From positions 147,479 through 211,478 of the forward strand of contig CALVOZ010000002.1 of NCBI GenBank assembly GCA_944350495.1: a stretch of DNA of 64,000 bases. The letters are read 5' to 3'. The stretch is from an uncultured Bacilli bacterium. GTDB lineage: Bacteria; Bacillota_I; Bacilli_A; RF39; UBA660. A program made the position numbers and the translations under genes. The notes beneath the pieces are model-generated. The model was not told the DNA's origin. It did no database searches and saw only the letters and a program-made list of their open reading frames with translations. Position 1 is the stretch's first letter; every line of letters starts with the position of its first letter. This document shows positions 49,405 to 59,687 of the stretch, one piece after another.

Positions 49405-49703
49405 TAAAATAAACCTGCTGGTAATCCTTTAGTATATGGTCCCATTTTTTCTTCAGTTGTTTTATCAATTTGTTTCATTGCATCATTGATTGCTACCATC
49501 AACATATCTTCTAACATTTCTACTTCATCTTTATCTAGGCTTTCAGCATCAATTTTAACTGATTTAACTACTTTTTTTCCACTTAAGACAACAGTTACTA
49601 ATGATGACTTCCCTTCAAAATCCATAGCTTCTATTTCTTTTTGAGCCTCCATTAATCCTTTTTGCATTTTTTGGGCTTGTTTTAACATAGCTTGCATATT
49701 CAT
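49404..49703 (-). CDS. YbaB/EbfC nucleoid-associated protein
   Basis: MLKQAQKMQ...EMLEDMLMVAINDA; between dnaX and recR. Confidence 0.93.
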   Translation of the reverse strand: MNMQAMLKQAQKMQKGLMEAQKEIEAMDFEGKSSLVTVVLSGKKVVKSVKIDAESLDKDEVEMLEDMLMVAINDAMKQIDKTTEEKMGPYTKGLPAGLF

Positions 49704-49718
49704 ATTTATTCCTTCTTT

Positions 49719-51422
49719 CTATTCATATTCGACAATTGTATCAAACAATTCATCAATTTCATTTTTTTGTATTTCTTCAGTTTTAATATTTTTTTGTTCA
49801 TTTTTTTTAAAAATTTCTGATGGGGTTATTTTCTCTTCTATATAAGTATAATTTTTTTTATTAGTGTTATAACTATTTTTTATTATATTCCATTCCTCTT
49901 CTGAGACAGCAATTGGATAATACTTTTTATTAAACACCTTTTCAAAAATTTCTTCAATGTGCATAAGTTCCAAATTAAATGCATCTGCAAGGAGTTTTGT
50001 TTTGTACATAACTATTAAATTATCATTACTTATTGACTTCAATTCTCCATCAAACAGTAGTGAAACAAAACGACTATACGTTGGATCCATCAATAATTCT
50101 TTTAAAGCTTCCATTTCTTCTTTAAATTCATTTTTCCTTTTTTGGGAAACTAAAACTAAACCGTTATTTATTCTTACTTTCTTTAATTTTTCTAATTTAT
50201 CCTTATTTTCTGTATTTAAATTTTGTATTGATTCTTCTTTTCTTTCTTCTAACTCTTCATTTTCTAAATTATTTAATAATTTTTCTTTGACAGACACTTG
50301 TGATTCAGTTATCACTTTGTTTTCATTTTCTGGTAATGTCTGAGCATTTACTATTGGTTTTGTATCTAATATTTTAATTATTTCAATTTCAAACAAAATT
50401 TTATTATTATTGTTGTTTTTCATTTCATTTAAAAGATTAGAGAACGAATGAATATAGTTATAAAGATTGGTATTATTAACTTTTAATTTTACATTCTGGT
50501 AAAATTCCTCATTAGATTTAAAAAAATTAGGAGCATTACAATATAAAATTATATTTTTTAATTCTTCAATAATACTTCTTACAATCTTATACATACTTTT
50601 TCCTGTTGAATCATAATTTTCTATTTGTTTTAAACATTCCTCAAGATTTTTATCACATAAATTATCAATTAATGTTCTAACTTCTTCTTTAGTAATACTG
50701 CCATTTATATCATGAATATCTTGGACATCAATTGTATCATCTGAGTAAGAAATAGCTTGATCTAGTAAACTAATTGAATCTCGTAGTCCTCCATCAGATA
50801 AAAATGCTATTTCTTTTAAAGCATCATCTGTAATTTTAATATTTTCATTTGTAACAATTGTTTTTAATCTACTTACAATTTGATTATCATAAATCTTTTT
50901 AAAGTCAAATCTTTGACATCTAGATAAGATTGTTGTTGGTATCTTATGTGGTTCGGTAGTAGCAAATATAAAAATTATATGTTTTGGTGGTTCTTCTAAT
51001 GTTTTTAATAAAGCGTTAAATGCTTGATTAGTTAACATATGAACCTCATCAATAATGTATATTTTGTATTTACTATTTGATGGAACTAAACCAATTTTAT
51101 TTCTAATTTCTCTTATTTCATCTACTCCATTATTTGATGCTGCATCAATTTCAATTACATCAATGTTTTGATTATTATTTATTTGAGTACATGAATCGCA
51201 TTTTTCGCAAGCTTTTAATCCATCACGATTATTACAATTTAATATTTTAGCATATATTTTTGCAATGCTTGTCTTTCCTGTTCCTCTAGGTCCACTAAAT
51301 AAATATGCATGACTAACCATATCGTTTTTGATAGCATTTTTTAATGTTTTCACTATTACTTCTTGACCCACCACATCATCAAATGACTTTGGGCGATATT
51401 TTCGATATAAAGCTTGATACAT
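49719..51422 (-). CDS. dnaX: DNA polymerase III gamma/tau subunit
   Basis: YQALYRKYRP, GPRGTGKTS, EIDAASNNGVD, IDEVHML, SRCQ. Confidence 0.97.
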   Translation of the reverse strand: MYQALYRKYRPKSFDDVVGQEVIVKTLKNAIKNDMVSHAYLFSGPRGTGKTSIAKIYAKILNCNNRDGLKACEKCDSCTQINNNQNIDVIEIDAASNNGVDEIREIRNKIGLVPSNSKYKIYIIDEVHMLTNQAFNALLKTLEEPPKHIIFIFATTEPHKIPTTILSRCQRFDFKKIYDNQIVSRLKTIVTNENIKITDDALKEIAFLSDGGLRDSISLLDQAISYSDDTIDVQDIHDINGSITKEEVRTLIDNLCDKNLEECLKQIENYDSTGKSMYKIVRSIIEELKNIILYCNAPNFFKSNEEFYQNVKLKVNNTNLYNYIHSFSNLLNEMKNNNNNKILFEIEIIKILDTKPIVNAQTLPENENKVITESQVSVKEKLLNNLENEELEERKEESIQNLNTENKDKLEKLKKVRINNGLVLVSQKRKNEFKEEMEALKELLMDPTYSRFVSLLFDGELKSISNDNLIVMYKTKLLADAFNLELMHIEEIFEKVFNKKYYPIAVSEEEWNIIKNSYNTNKKNYTYIEEKITPSEIFKKNEQKNIKTEEIQKNEIDELFDTIVEYE

Positions 51423-51486
51423 ATTTCACCTTCTAACTAGTTATAATTATACACTTAAACAAAAAGAAATAAAAGGGCTTAACCTT

Positions 51487-51933
51487 TTATTTTCTTTTAC
51501 TCTCAAAGAATTCTTGCATTACTTTTTTACATTCTTCTTCACATATTCCTGATTTAACTTCAACTGTATGATTATTTTTGGAATCAGTTAATGTTTGAGC
51601 AATACTTTCAACATAGCCAAATTTTTGGTTTTGAGCGCCGTAGACAAGTTTTTTTATACGAGATTGAATAATTGCACCGCAGCACATTAAACATGGTTCT
51701 ATAGTCACGTATAAAGTGCATTCATTTAATCGCCAATCACCTATTTTTTTACATGCTTGATCAATGGCAATTATTTCAGCATGACATAAAGGATTACTAT
51801 TTTTTTCTTTAGTATTATGTGCTCTTGAAATAATTTGATCTTGGTATACAATAACTGCTCCAATTGGTACTTCATCTTCTTTTAAGGCATTTTTTGCCTC
51901 TTTAATAGCTTCTTTCATATATTTTTCATCCAT
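51487..51933 (-). CDS. tadA: tRNA adenosine deaminase
   Basis: EVPIGAV, HAE, EPCLMC; start refined to ATG at 51933. Confidence 0.9.
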   Translation of the reverse strand: MDEKYMKEAIKEAKNALKEDEVPIGAVIVYQDQIISRAHNTKEKNSNPLCHAEIIAIDQACKKIGDWRLNECTLYVTIEPCLMCCGAIIQSRIKKLVYGAQNQKFGYVESIAQTLTDSKNNHTVEVKSGICEEECKKVMQEFFESKRK

Positions 51934-51943
51934 AATCACACCT

Positions 51944-51959
51944 CGTTTCACGTGAAACA
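51944..51959. promoter_or_regulatory. parS site (ParB/Spo0J binding)
   Basis: CGTTTCACGTGAAACA, 15/16 to TGTTNCACGTGAAACA, about 8 kb from oriC. Confidence 0.88.
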
Positions 51960-51964
51960 AAAAA

Positions 51965-52037
51965 AGCACACACATTTAGAGATCCTTAAGGCTGCTGACT
52001 TCCGTCTCTGACCTGGTTCAGATATAAATGTTGTGCT
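51965..52037 (-). ncRNA. ffs: Small (4.5S-type) SRP RNA
   Basis: Hairpin AGCACA-ACATTTA...TAAATGTGTGTGCT enclosing GGTCAGAGAC-GGAA-GTCAGCAGCC (helix 8 motif); promoter TTGCTT-17 bp-TATATT upstream. Confidence 0.88.
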
Positions 52038-52076
52038 AAATATAATATACAGTGTTTTAAATTAAAAAGCAAGTAT

Positions 52077-52092
52077 AGTTTCACGAGAAACA
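52077..52092. promoter_or_regulatory. Second parS site
   Basis: AGTTTCACGAGAAACA, 14/16 to consensus. Confidence 0.72.
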
Positions 52093-52106
52093 AAAAAAGT
52101 GATTTA

Positions 52107-54665
52107 TTAATCACTTTTTTCTACATTACTAATTGTTGTATCGTGGTCGATTTCATCATTTTCTGTAACTAATTCTTGATTTTCATCTTGCTCTTCCTTA
52201 TCTAAAATAGCAATTGTGCTTACTTTTTGATTATCTTTCAAGTTAATTAATTTAACGCCTTGAGCAACACGACCAGTTTTACTTACTTGATTAAGGGCTA
52301 AACGAATAATTATTCCACTATCAGTCATAATCATGAGATCTTCATCACCATTAACAATCTTAAATTTAACAATTGTACCATTTTTATCTGTTATATTTAA
52401 TCCTTTAACACCTTTACTGCCACGGTGTGTCATACGATATTCATCAACTGGAGTTTTTTTACCATAACCATTTTCAGTAACTACTAATACTTCTTTATCC
52501 TCAGTAGCAACTTCTAGACCTACAGCAGTTCCATCTCCTATTTCAATACCTTTAACGCCAGAAGCTGTACGTCCCATAACTCTTATTTCAGATTCTTTAA
52601 ACCTAATCATACGACCGTTTGTACAAGCAATTAAAATTTCATCTTCACCGCTTGTCTTTTGAACAGCAATTAATTCATCAGCTTCTTTTAATGTAATTGC
52701 TATCTTACCATTAGATCTAATATTATCAAACTCTTCTATTTTAGTTCGTTTTACTAATCCTTCTTTAGTGCAAAAAATTAAATATTGCTTTGAATCTTCG
52801 TTTTCAACTTTTACCATAGCATTAACAACTTCATCTTTTTCAATTGGTAATAAGTTTATAATAGGAATACCTTTAGATTGACGGTTAAATAATGGTATTT
52901 CATAGCCTTTCATACGATATACTTTACCTCTATTAGTAAAGAATAATAAGTAGTCATGAGTCGTTAATGATAACATATTTTCAACAAAATCATCATCGGT
53001 TGTAGTCATACCTTTAACTCCAACTCCACCACGGTTTTGTGTTTTATATATTTCACTTGTCATACGTTTAATATAACCTTTATTGGTTAATGAAATAACA
53101 ATATTTTCTTCAGGAATTAATGATTCATCTTCAATATAGTCAATAGCAGTCATATCAATTGTAGTTCTTCTATCATCACTATATTTATCCTTAATTTCAA
53201 GCATTTCTTTCTTAATAATTTCTAACACTTTACGCATATCACCTAAAATGGCTTTATATTCATTAATTAATTTTAATAATTCAGCTAGTTCAGCTTCAAT
53301 CTTTTCACGTTCCAAACCTGTTAAACGTCTTAATTTTAATTCTAAAATAGCATCTGTTTGAATTTCAGTTAAACCAAATCTAGCCATTAATTTTTCTTTA
53401 GCTTCAATATCACTTTCAGCATTTTTAATTATTTTAATAACTTCATCAATGTTATCTTGTGCAATTTTATAACCTTCTAAAATATGAACTCTATTTTCAG
53501 CTTTTTCTAAGTCGTATCTTGTTCTTCTAATAATAACTTCTTTTTGATGCTCAATATATTTCGCAATAATTTCTTTTAGACCTAATGTTTTTGGTGTCAT
53601 ATCATCAATAACTAAAAGAATTATTCCATAATTTATTTGAAAATTAGTATGTTTATATAGATTATTTAAAACAACTTGAGGATTTGCATCTCTTTTTAAA
53701 GTAATGGTGATTTTAACACCATCTTTTAAATCAGTGTGATAATCACTAATACCATCAATTGTTTTATTATGTACTAATTCAGCAACTTTATTTTTTAAAT
53801 CTAAAGTATTAATACCATAAGGAACTTCCGTAATTACGATACTACTATGAGTACCTTCATCAACTATAGTGGCTTTACTGCGAATTGTAATAGATCCACG
53901 ACCAGTTTCATAGGCTTTTTTAATTCCAGAATTTCCTAAAATGATTCCTCCAGTTGGAAAGTCCGGACCTTTAATATATTGCATTAAACCTAACGTATCA
54001 ATATCTGGATTATCAATATAAGCAACACAACCATCAATTACTTCACCTAAGTTATGTGGTGGAATATTTGTGGCCATACCTACCGCTATACCCATAGAGC
54101 CATTAACTAAAACATTAGGAAATCTTGATGGTAAGACTTTTGGTTCTTTGCTTGTAACATCAAAGTTCCAATCCATATCAACAGTATCTTTTTTTATATC
54201 ATGTAATAATTCAAGAGAAATTTTAGACAATCTTGCTTCAGTATAACGATAAGCAGCTGCTCCATCGCCTTCAATATTACCAAAATTACCATGACCATCA
54301 ACTAACATATAGCGTTGGTTAAAATCTTGCGCTAAACGAACCATAGCGTCATAAATACTTGAATCTCCATGTGGATGATAATGTCCCATAACATAACCAA
54401 CAGTTGTTGCTGATTTTTTATGTGGCTTATCAGGAGTATTTCCTTCTTCATACATAGACCATAAAATTCTTCGATGCACTGGTTTTAAACCATCTCTTAA
54501 ATCTGGAATTGCACGTGAAGTGATAACACTCATTGAATAATCAAGAAAAGATGTACTAACTTCATCTACAATATTATTTTCAGATAAACTATCTCTTTCA
54601 TGAAATTTACCACTATAATCAACAGTTGTTTCTACTTCTTCTTCTAATTCTTCATTATTTTTCAA
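52107..54665 (-). CDS. gyrA: DNA gyrase subunit A
   Basis: RDGLKPVHRR, HPHGDS, AAYRYTE, GyrA-box QNRGGVG; TTG start with RBS GGAGGT. Confidence 0.98.
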   Translation of the reverse strand: MKNNEELEEEVETTVDYSGKFHERDSLSENNIVDEVSTSFLDYSMSVITSRAIPDLRDGLKPVHRRILWSMYEEGNTPDKPHKKSATTVGYVMGHYHPHGDSSIYDAMVRLAQDFNQRYMLVDGHGNFGNIEGDGAAAYRYTEARLSKISLELLHDIKKDTVDMDWNFDVTSKEPKVLPSRFPNVLVNGSMGIAVGMATNIPPHNLGEVIDGCVAYIDNPDIDTLGLMQYIKGPDFPTGGIILGNSGIKKAYETGRGSITIRSKATIVDEGTHSSIVITEVPYGINTLDLKNKVAELVHNKTIDGISDYHTDLKDGVKITITLKRDANPQVVLNNLYKHTNFQINYGIILLVIDDMTPKTLGLKEIIAKYIEHQKEVIIRRTRYDLEKAENRVHILEGYKIAQDNIDEVIKIIKNAESDIEAKEKLMARFGLTEIQTDAILELKLRRLTGLEREKIEAELAELLKLINEYKAILGDMRKVLEIIKKEMLEIKDKYSDDRRTTIDMTAIDYIEDESLIPEENIVISLTNKGYIKRMTSEIYKTQNRGGVGVKGMTTTDDDFVENMLSLTTHDYLLFFTNRGKVYRMKGYEIPLFNRQSKGIPIINLLPIEKDEVVNAMVKVENEDSKQYLIFCTKEGLVKRTKIEEFDNIRSNGKIAITLKEADELIAVQKTSGEDEILIACTNGRMIRFKESEIRVMGRTASGVKGIEIGDGTAVGLEVATEDKEVLVVTENGYGKKTPVDEYRMTHRGSKGVKGLNITDKNGTIVKFKIVNGDEDLMIMTDSGIIIRLALNQVSKTGRVAQGVKLINLKDNQKVSTIAILDKEEQDENQELVTENDEIDHDTTISNVEKSD

Positions 54666-54677
54666 GGGTTACACCTC

Positions 54678-56600
54678 CTAAATATCTAGATTTTCAACGA
54701 ATTTGGCATTTTCTTCAATAAAAGCACGTCTTGGTTCTACTTCATCACCCATTAATTTTTCAAATATAGCGTCTGCCGCTACACAATCACTTACTGTTAT
54801 TTTTCTTAAAGTACGTTTTTCAATGTCCATAGTTGTTTCATTTAACTCTGTGGCATCCATTTCTCCTAAACCTTTCATACGAGCAATTTCAACCCTATTT
54901 TTTATATTTTCAGGTAAAGATGCTAAATATTCATCTTTTTCTTTTTCATCTAAAACATACTTTCGCGTTTTTCCATGCATAATTCTAAATAAAGGTGGTT
55001 GAGCAGCATATACATATCCTGCTTCCACTATAGGTTTAAAGAAACGATAAAATAAAGTTAGTAATAATACACGAATGTGGGAACCATCAACATCGGCATC
55101 GGTCATTATTATAATTTTATGATATCTTAATTTATCAATATTAAATTCTTCACCAATACCAGTTCCAAAAGCTGTAATTATCGTTCTAATTTCTTCATTA
55201 CCTAAAGCCTTATCAAGTCTTGTTTTTTCAACATTTAAAATCTTACCACGAAGCGGTAAAATAGCTTGAGTCATAGAATCTCTACCTTTTTTAGCACTTC
55301 CACCGGCAGAATCTCCCTCAACTATAAATATTTCTGAAACTGTAGGATCTTTACTCTTACAATCTGATAATTTTCCGAAGAAATTAGTAGTTGTTAAATC
55401 ACTTTTACGGGTTATTTCACGAGCCTTTTTAGCAGCATTACGAGCACGACACGCTAGCATAGCTTTTTCAACAATAGCTTTAGCAGAATCAGGATTTTCT
55501 AACAAGAAAGCTTCAAATCCATTTGAGAATACGTTATCAGCTAGTTTTCTAACTTCTGAGTTACCTAGTCTTCCTTTAGTTTGACCTTCAAATTGCGGAT
55601 TAGGATGTTTACAAGAAACAATCATTGTTAAGCCTTCTTTAACATCATCACCTGTTAAGGATTCATCTTTTTCTTTTAACATTCCTGTTTTACGAGCATA
55701 ATTATTAATTACTCTTGTAAGTGCTCTTTTAACACCTTCTTCATGTGTTCCTCCATCATGAGTATTGATATTGTTAACAAATGAATAAATATTCTCATTA
55801 TAGCCAGTGTTATATTGAAGAGCTACTTCAAACATTACATTATCTTCTTCACCTTTTAAATGAACTATATCATTATGAATAACATTTTTTTCTTGATTAA
55901 TAAACCTAACATATTCAGAAATACCACCTTCATACATAAATGATTCACCAGTAGTATCCTCATCATCTCTATCATCTCTAAGCGTTAAATTTAATCCTTG
56001 ATTTAAGAATGCTAACTCACGAATACGAACTTTTAAAGTATTATAGTCATAAATATCAGTATCAAAAATATCTGGATCTGGTTTAAAAGTAACCCAAGTT
56101 CCAGTTCTATTTTGCTCACATTCCCCTACTATTTTTAAAGGTTCAACAGTTTTTCCGCCGTTTTCAAATCTAATAAAATAAATTTTACCATTTTTATAAA
56201 CGGTAACTTCTACCCATTTAGATAAAGCATTTACAACAGATGCGCCTACACCGTGTAATCCTCCAGATACCTTATAGCCGCCACCGCCAAATTTACCACC
56301 AGCATGAAGCACAGTATAAACTGTTTCAACAGTTGATAACTTTGTTTTAGGATGGATATCAACAGGAATACCACGACCATCATCTTTTACTGTAATGGAA
56401 TTTCCTTTATTAATAATGATTTCAATATTGTGACAATATCCAGCTAATGCTTCATCAATAGCATTATCAACAATCTCCCATACTAAATGGTGCAAGCCCT
56501 TAACATCTGTAGTTCCAATATACATACCTGGCCTTTTTCTAACTGCTTCAAGTCCTTCTAAGACTTGAATATCGGAAGCATCATAATGTTCTTCATTCAT
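54678..56600 (-). CDS. gyrB: DNA gyrase subunit B
   Basis: [31 protein letters not shown]. Confidence 0.98.
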   Translation of the reverse strand: MNEEHYDASDIQVLEGLEAVRKRPGMYIGTTDVKGLHHLVWEIVDNAIDEALAGYCHNIEIIINKGNSITVKDDGRGIPVDIHPKTKLSTVETVYTVLHAGGKFGGGGYKVSGGLHGVGASVVNALSKWVEVTVYKNGKIYFIRFENGGKTVEPLKIVGECEQNRTGTWVTFKPDPDIFDTDIYDYNTLKVRIRELAFLNQGLNLTLRDDRDDEDTTGESFMYEGGISEYVRFINQEKNVIHNDIVHLKGEEDNVMFEVALQYNTGYNENIYSFVNNINTHDGGTHEEGVKRALTRVINNYARKTGMLKEKDESLTGDDVKEGLTMIVSCKHPNPQFEGQTKGRLGNSEVRKLADNVFSNGFEAFLLENPDSAKAIVEKAMLACRARNAAKKAREITRKSDLTTTNFFGKLSDCKSKDPTVSEIFIVEGDSAGGSAKKGRDSMTQAILPLRGKILNVEKTRLDKALGNEEIRTIITAFGTGIGEEFNIDKLRYHKIIIMTDADVDGSHIRVLLLTLFYRFFKPIVEAGYVYAAQPPLFRIMHGKTRKYVLDEKEKDEYLASLPENIKNRVEIARMKGLGEMDATELNETTMDIEKRTLRKITVSDCVAADAIFEKLMGDEVEPRRAFIEENAKFVENLDI

Positions 56601-57723
56601 TATCTTTCACCTCTTTTATTTTAATTAATTTTCCTTGTTCAATTTTAAATAATTTAGCTTTTTTTACTAATTTAGCATCTAAATTATTTAATTCTGTAGT
56701 TGTTATAATTGTTTGAATATCTTTACTTATGTACTTAATAAGATTATTTTTCTTATCATCAGACAATTCACTAAAAACATCATCTAATAATAATATTGGA
56801 GTTGTTTCTTTATATTTTTTAAAAATAGGAATCTCCGCTAATTTCAAGGCTAAAACAGCAATCCTTTGCTGCCCTTGAGAGCCAAATAATTTTAAATTCT
56901 TATCATTTATCATAAAATTAATATCATCTTTGTGTGGACCAATTGTTGTTACACACACTTTTTGTTCATATGGTAATAATTTTTGATAACGTTCAAACAA
57001 TTTATCTTTAATAGTTTGATCTTTTATATCATCAATTTTCATGTTTGATACGTATTCGATATAAAAATTTTCTATTCCCATTATATCTTTATATATTTGT
57101 GCACAATTTTCATTTAATTTTTCTATAAATTTAAAACGCATTTGATATATAGTTATGCCCTTGTCAATTAAATAAGATGTAATAATATCAAAGTAATTCA
57201 TATCTACTTTCATTCCTTTATTCATCTTTTTTAAATATTCATTACGCATTTTTAATAATTTATGATAATCATTTAAAACGATATAATAACTATTATATAA
57301 TTGTGACAACTCCATATTTAGGTATTTTCTTCTAATTTGTGGTGAACCTTTAATTATTTCTAAATCATCAGGATAAAAAATGATTATATTCATATTCGAT
57401 ATATAATCACTTACTTTTTTGATTGAATTATCATCAATTTTAAAATATTTTGACTTATTATCAATCGTTATTTGTAAATTTTTATCAAATAATCCCCCAC
57501 TCACAACCCCTTTAATCATAAGGAATTCACAACCATTTTTAATTAAACTATTATCAATAAAAGAGCGATGTGATTTTGTAAGTCCTAAACAATAAATACT
57601 CTCAAGTAAATTAGTCTTTCCTTGAGCATTATCACCATAAATAATATTAATACCTTTATAAAAACGTGTCATTAAACTTTCATAATTACGAAAGTTATGG
57701 AGTTCTATTTTTTTTAAAATCAT
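56593..57723 (-). CDS. recF: DNA replication/repair protein RecF
   Basis: [30 protein letters not shown]. Confidence 0.96.
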   Translation of the reverse strand: MILKKIELHNFRNYESLMTRFYKGINIIYGDNAQGKTNLLESIYCLGLTKSHRSFIDNSLIKNGCEFLMIKGVVSGGLFDKNLQITIDNKSKYFKIDDNSIKKVSDYISNMNIIIFYPDDLEIIKGSPQIRRKYLNMELSQLYNSYYIVLNDYHKLLKMRNEYLKKMNKGMKVDMNYFDIITSYLIDKGITIYQMRFKFIEKLNENCAQIYKDIMGIENFYIEYVSNMKIDDIKDQTIKDKLFERYQKLLPYEQKVCVTTIGPHKDDINFMINDKNLKLFGSQGQQRIAVLALKLAEIPIFKKYKETTPILLLDDVFSELSDDKKNNLIKYISKDIQTIITTTELNNLDAKLVKKAKLFKIEQGKLIKIKEVKDNE

Positions 57724-57848
57724 AGAAACACCTCAATTTTTATTTTAATGGCTCATTTTTTAAAAAATACATTAAAATAGTACTTCACTACTACAATTTA
57801 ATTATATCATATTTTAAGGCAAAAAAATCAAAAAATAGACAAAATTGT

Positions 57849-58304
57849 CTATTTTTTTATACTTTTTAACTCATATAATTTAGCTTTTAACATAGTTGCA
57901 CGTGTAAATTGATTATCAATGGAATAATAAGAAAATGGAACAGCTATTTCTTTTTCATTTTCAGAAAGAATTTTAGTACCATAAAAATCTGATTTATACT
58001 TTTTAATCTTATTTAAAGCTATCCAAGAATTATCATCACTGCGATATGAAGAAGTAGGAAAAAAAATAATATTACGGCTTTCTTCAATAATAATAGGAAA
58101 TTTTGATTTAATCCCTGTTAAATATTTAGTTCCCTCACATCTTCCACGATAAGAGCTTCCATAAAATTTACAATTATAATCAATTAATTTATTACTATTT
58201 TTATTAACCACATATTCAGTTTCTTCCTCATAAACATGTGAAGTATTTTCATCAATTGGAATAATTGCTAATGTTGATGAATTAATTTCATATTCATCTA
58301 ACAT
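57849..58304 (-). CDS. comK: ComK-family competence transcription factor
   Basis: YEINSSTLAI, NCKFYGSSYRGRCEGT, KFPIII, IFFPTSS, WIAL. Confidence 0.85.
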   Translation of the reverse strand: MLDEYEINSSTLAIIPIDENTSHVYEEETEYVVNKNSNKLIDYNCKFYGSSYRGRCEGTKYLTGIKSKFPIIIEESRNIIFFPTSSYRSDDNSWIALNKIKKYKSDFYGTKILSENEKEIAVPFSYYSIDNQFTRATMLKAKLYELKSIKK

Positions 58305-58419
58305 ATTTAATACCTCCCCCCTAATTCAAATAAATGAATAACTCTCTTATACAGCACAACTTTATCGTATTTTGTTGAATTTTGTAAAAAGTTAAAAAAA
58401 GTTAAAAAAAAACATATTT

Positions 58420-59541
58420 TTAATATGTTCTAATAGGTAAAATTAATTGTAATAATGTATCAGATTCACCATCAGTAATAATTATTGGTTTAATTTCACC
58501 ATTATATTTAATTTCAACTTCTTCACTATTAAATATTTTAATAGCTTCCATCATATATTTTGAACTAAAAGCAATATTTACTTTTTCATCAATATGAGTA
58601 TCTAACTCAACACGTTCTTCAACTGTTCCTATTTCTGGTATATTAGAAGAAATAAGTAAGTAATCACCCTTGCTTTGAAGTTTTATAATATTTTTTTCTT
58701 CTTCATTTGTTAATAGAGATGCCCTATCAATTGCATTAAAGAAATTATTTAAGTTCACTTTAATATTTACTAAGAATTCAGTTGGAATTAATTTATTTGT
58801 ATCTGGATAAGTACCATTTATTAATCTAGACATAATAATTAAACTATTAAAATTAAAGATTATCTTATTTGTAAAAATATGGACTTCTAAATTTTCATCA
58901 TCATTTGTTAATAAACGTGTAACTTCAAGTAAATTTTTAGCTGGTACAATGATATCGACATCTTGTTCAACTGAACTATCTAAAGAAATAACCTTTTTAG
59001 CTAAACGATATGAATCAGTTGCTGTACATTCTAATAAATTATCTTTTATTTTAAAGTTAATACCTGTTAATACTGGTCTAGATTCTTGATTAGATGTAGC
59101 AAATATAGTTTGATTAATAGAAGTTTTAAATGCTTGTTGATTTATAACAAGTGGGGTTTTACTAAATTCTAAATCTAAGTTAGGAAAATCATTAACATTA
59201 TTACAATTTAATTTAAATGATGATGATGATGTAGTAATTAATAACTGTGAAGACATTATTTCTTCTAAATTAATTGTTTCGTTAGAAAGTTTTCTTACTA
59301 TATCATATATGTATTTACCAGAGACAACCATATCCCCTAGTTCTTCTACTGTTTCAATATCTTTAACATCAATAAAGGTTTTGATAGCTATTTCATTATC
59401 AGTACTCATTAAATATAATCCTTCTTTAGTTAAATCAAATTTAATACAATTTAATATTGGAATTAAATTTTTATTTGATATTCCTTTTATAACATAATTT
59501 AAATGTTCCATTAAAATCTTTTGTTTTATTTTTAATTTCAT
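58420..59541 (-). CDS. dnaN: DNA polymerase III beta clamp
   Basis: IPIL, ESRPVLTG, ATDSYRLA, SRLINGTYPD, QLILPIR. Confidence 0.97.
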   Translation of the reverse strand: MKLKIKQKILMEHLNYVIKGISNKNLIPILNCIKFDLTKEGLYLMSTDNEIAIKTFIDVKDIETVEELGDMVVSGKYIYDIVRKLSNETINLEEIMSSQLLITTSSSSFKLNCNNVNDFPNLDLEFSKTPLVINQQAFKTSINQTIFATSNQESRPVLTGINFKIKDNLLECTATDSYRLAKKVISLDSSVEQDVDIIVPAKNLLEVTRLLTNDDENLEVHIFTNKIIFNFNSLIIMSRLINGTYPDTNKLIPTEFLVNIKVNLNNFFNAIDRASLLTNEEEKNIIKLQSKGDYLLISSNIPEIGTVEERVELDTHIDEKVNIAFSSKYMMEAIKIFNSEEVEIKYNGEIKPIIITDGESDTLLQLILPIRTY

Positions 59542-59687
59542 GTCTTAGCCTCTTTCTTATTTTTAATATTAATATATTATTTATATTATTAATGTGCATA
59601 GATGTGCATAACTCTATTTTAACCTTATTTTATAATGTGCACATTAGTGTGCATAAAATGTTGATTATTTATTTTTATGCACATATA
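59542..59687. other. oriC subregion between dnaA and dnaN (DnaA boxes and AT-rich unwinding element)
   Basis: TTATGCACA-type boxes at 59593 (one mismatch), 59603, 59648 and 59675; a pure A/T tract at about 59557-59592 abuts the tandem boxes. Confidence 0.9.

Noticed and set aside
54200-54430. GyrA substitutions (KSATTVGY, AAYRY) as quinolone-resistance markers
   Set aside because: The key Ser and acidic positions (HGDSSIYD) are wild type; the changes look lineage-specific.
58380-58421. ComK AT-boxes (AAAA-N5-TTTT) and an AAAAAGTT direct repeat upstream of comK
   Set aside because: Low-complexity A/T sequence; no convincing paired K-box.
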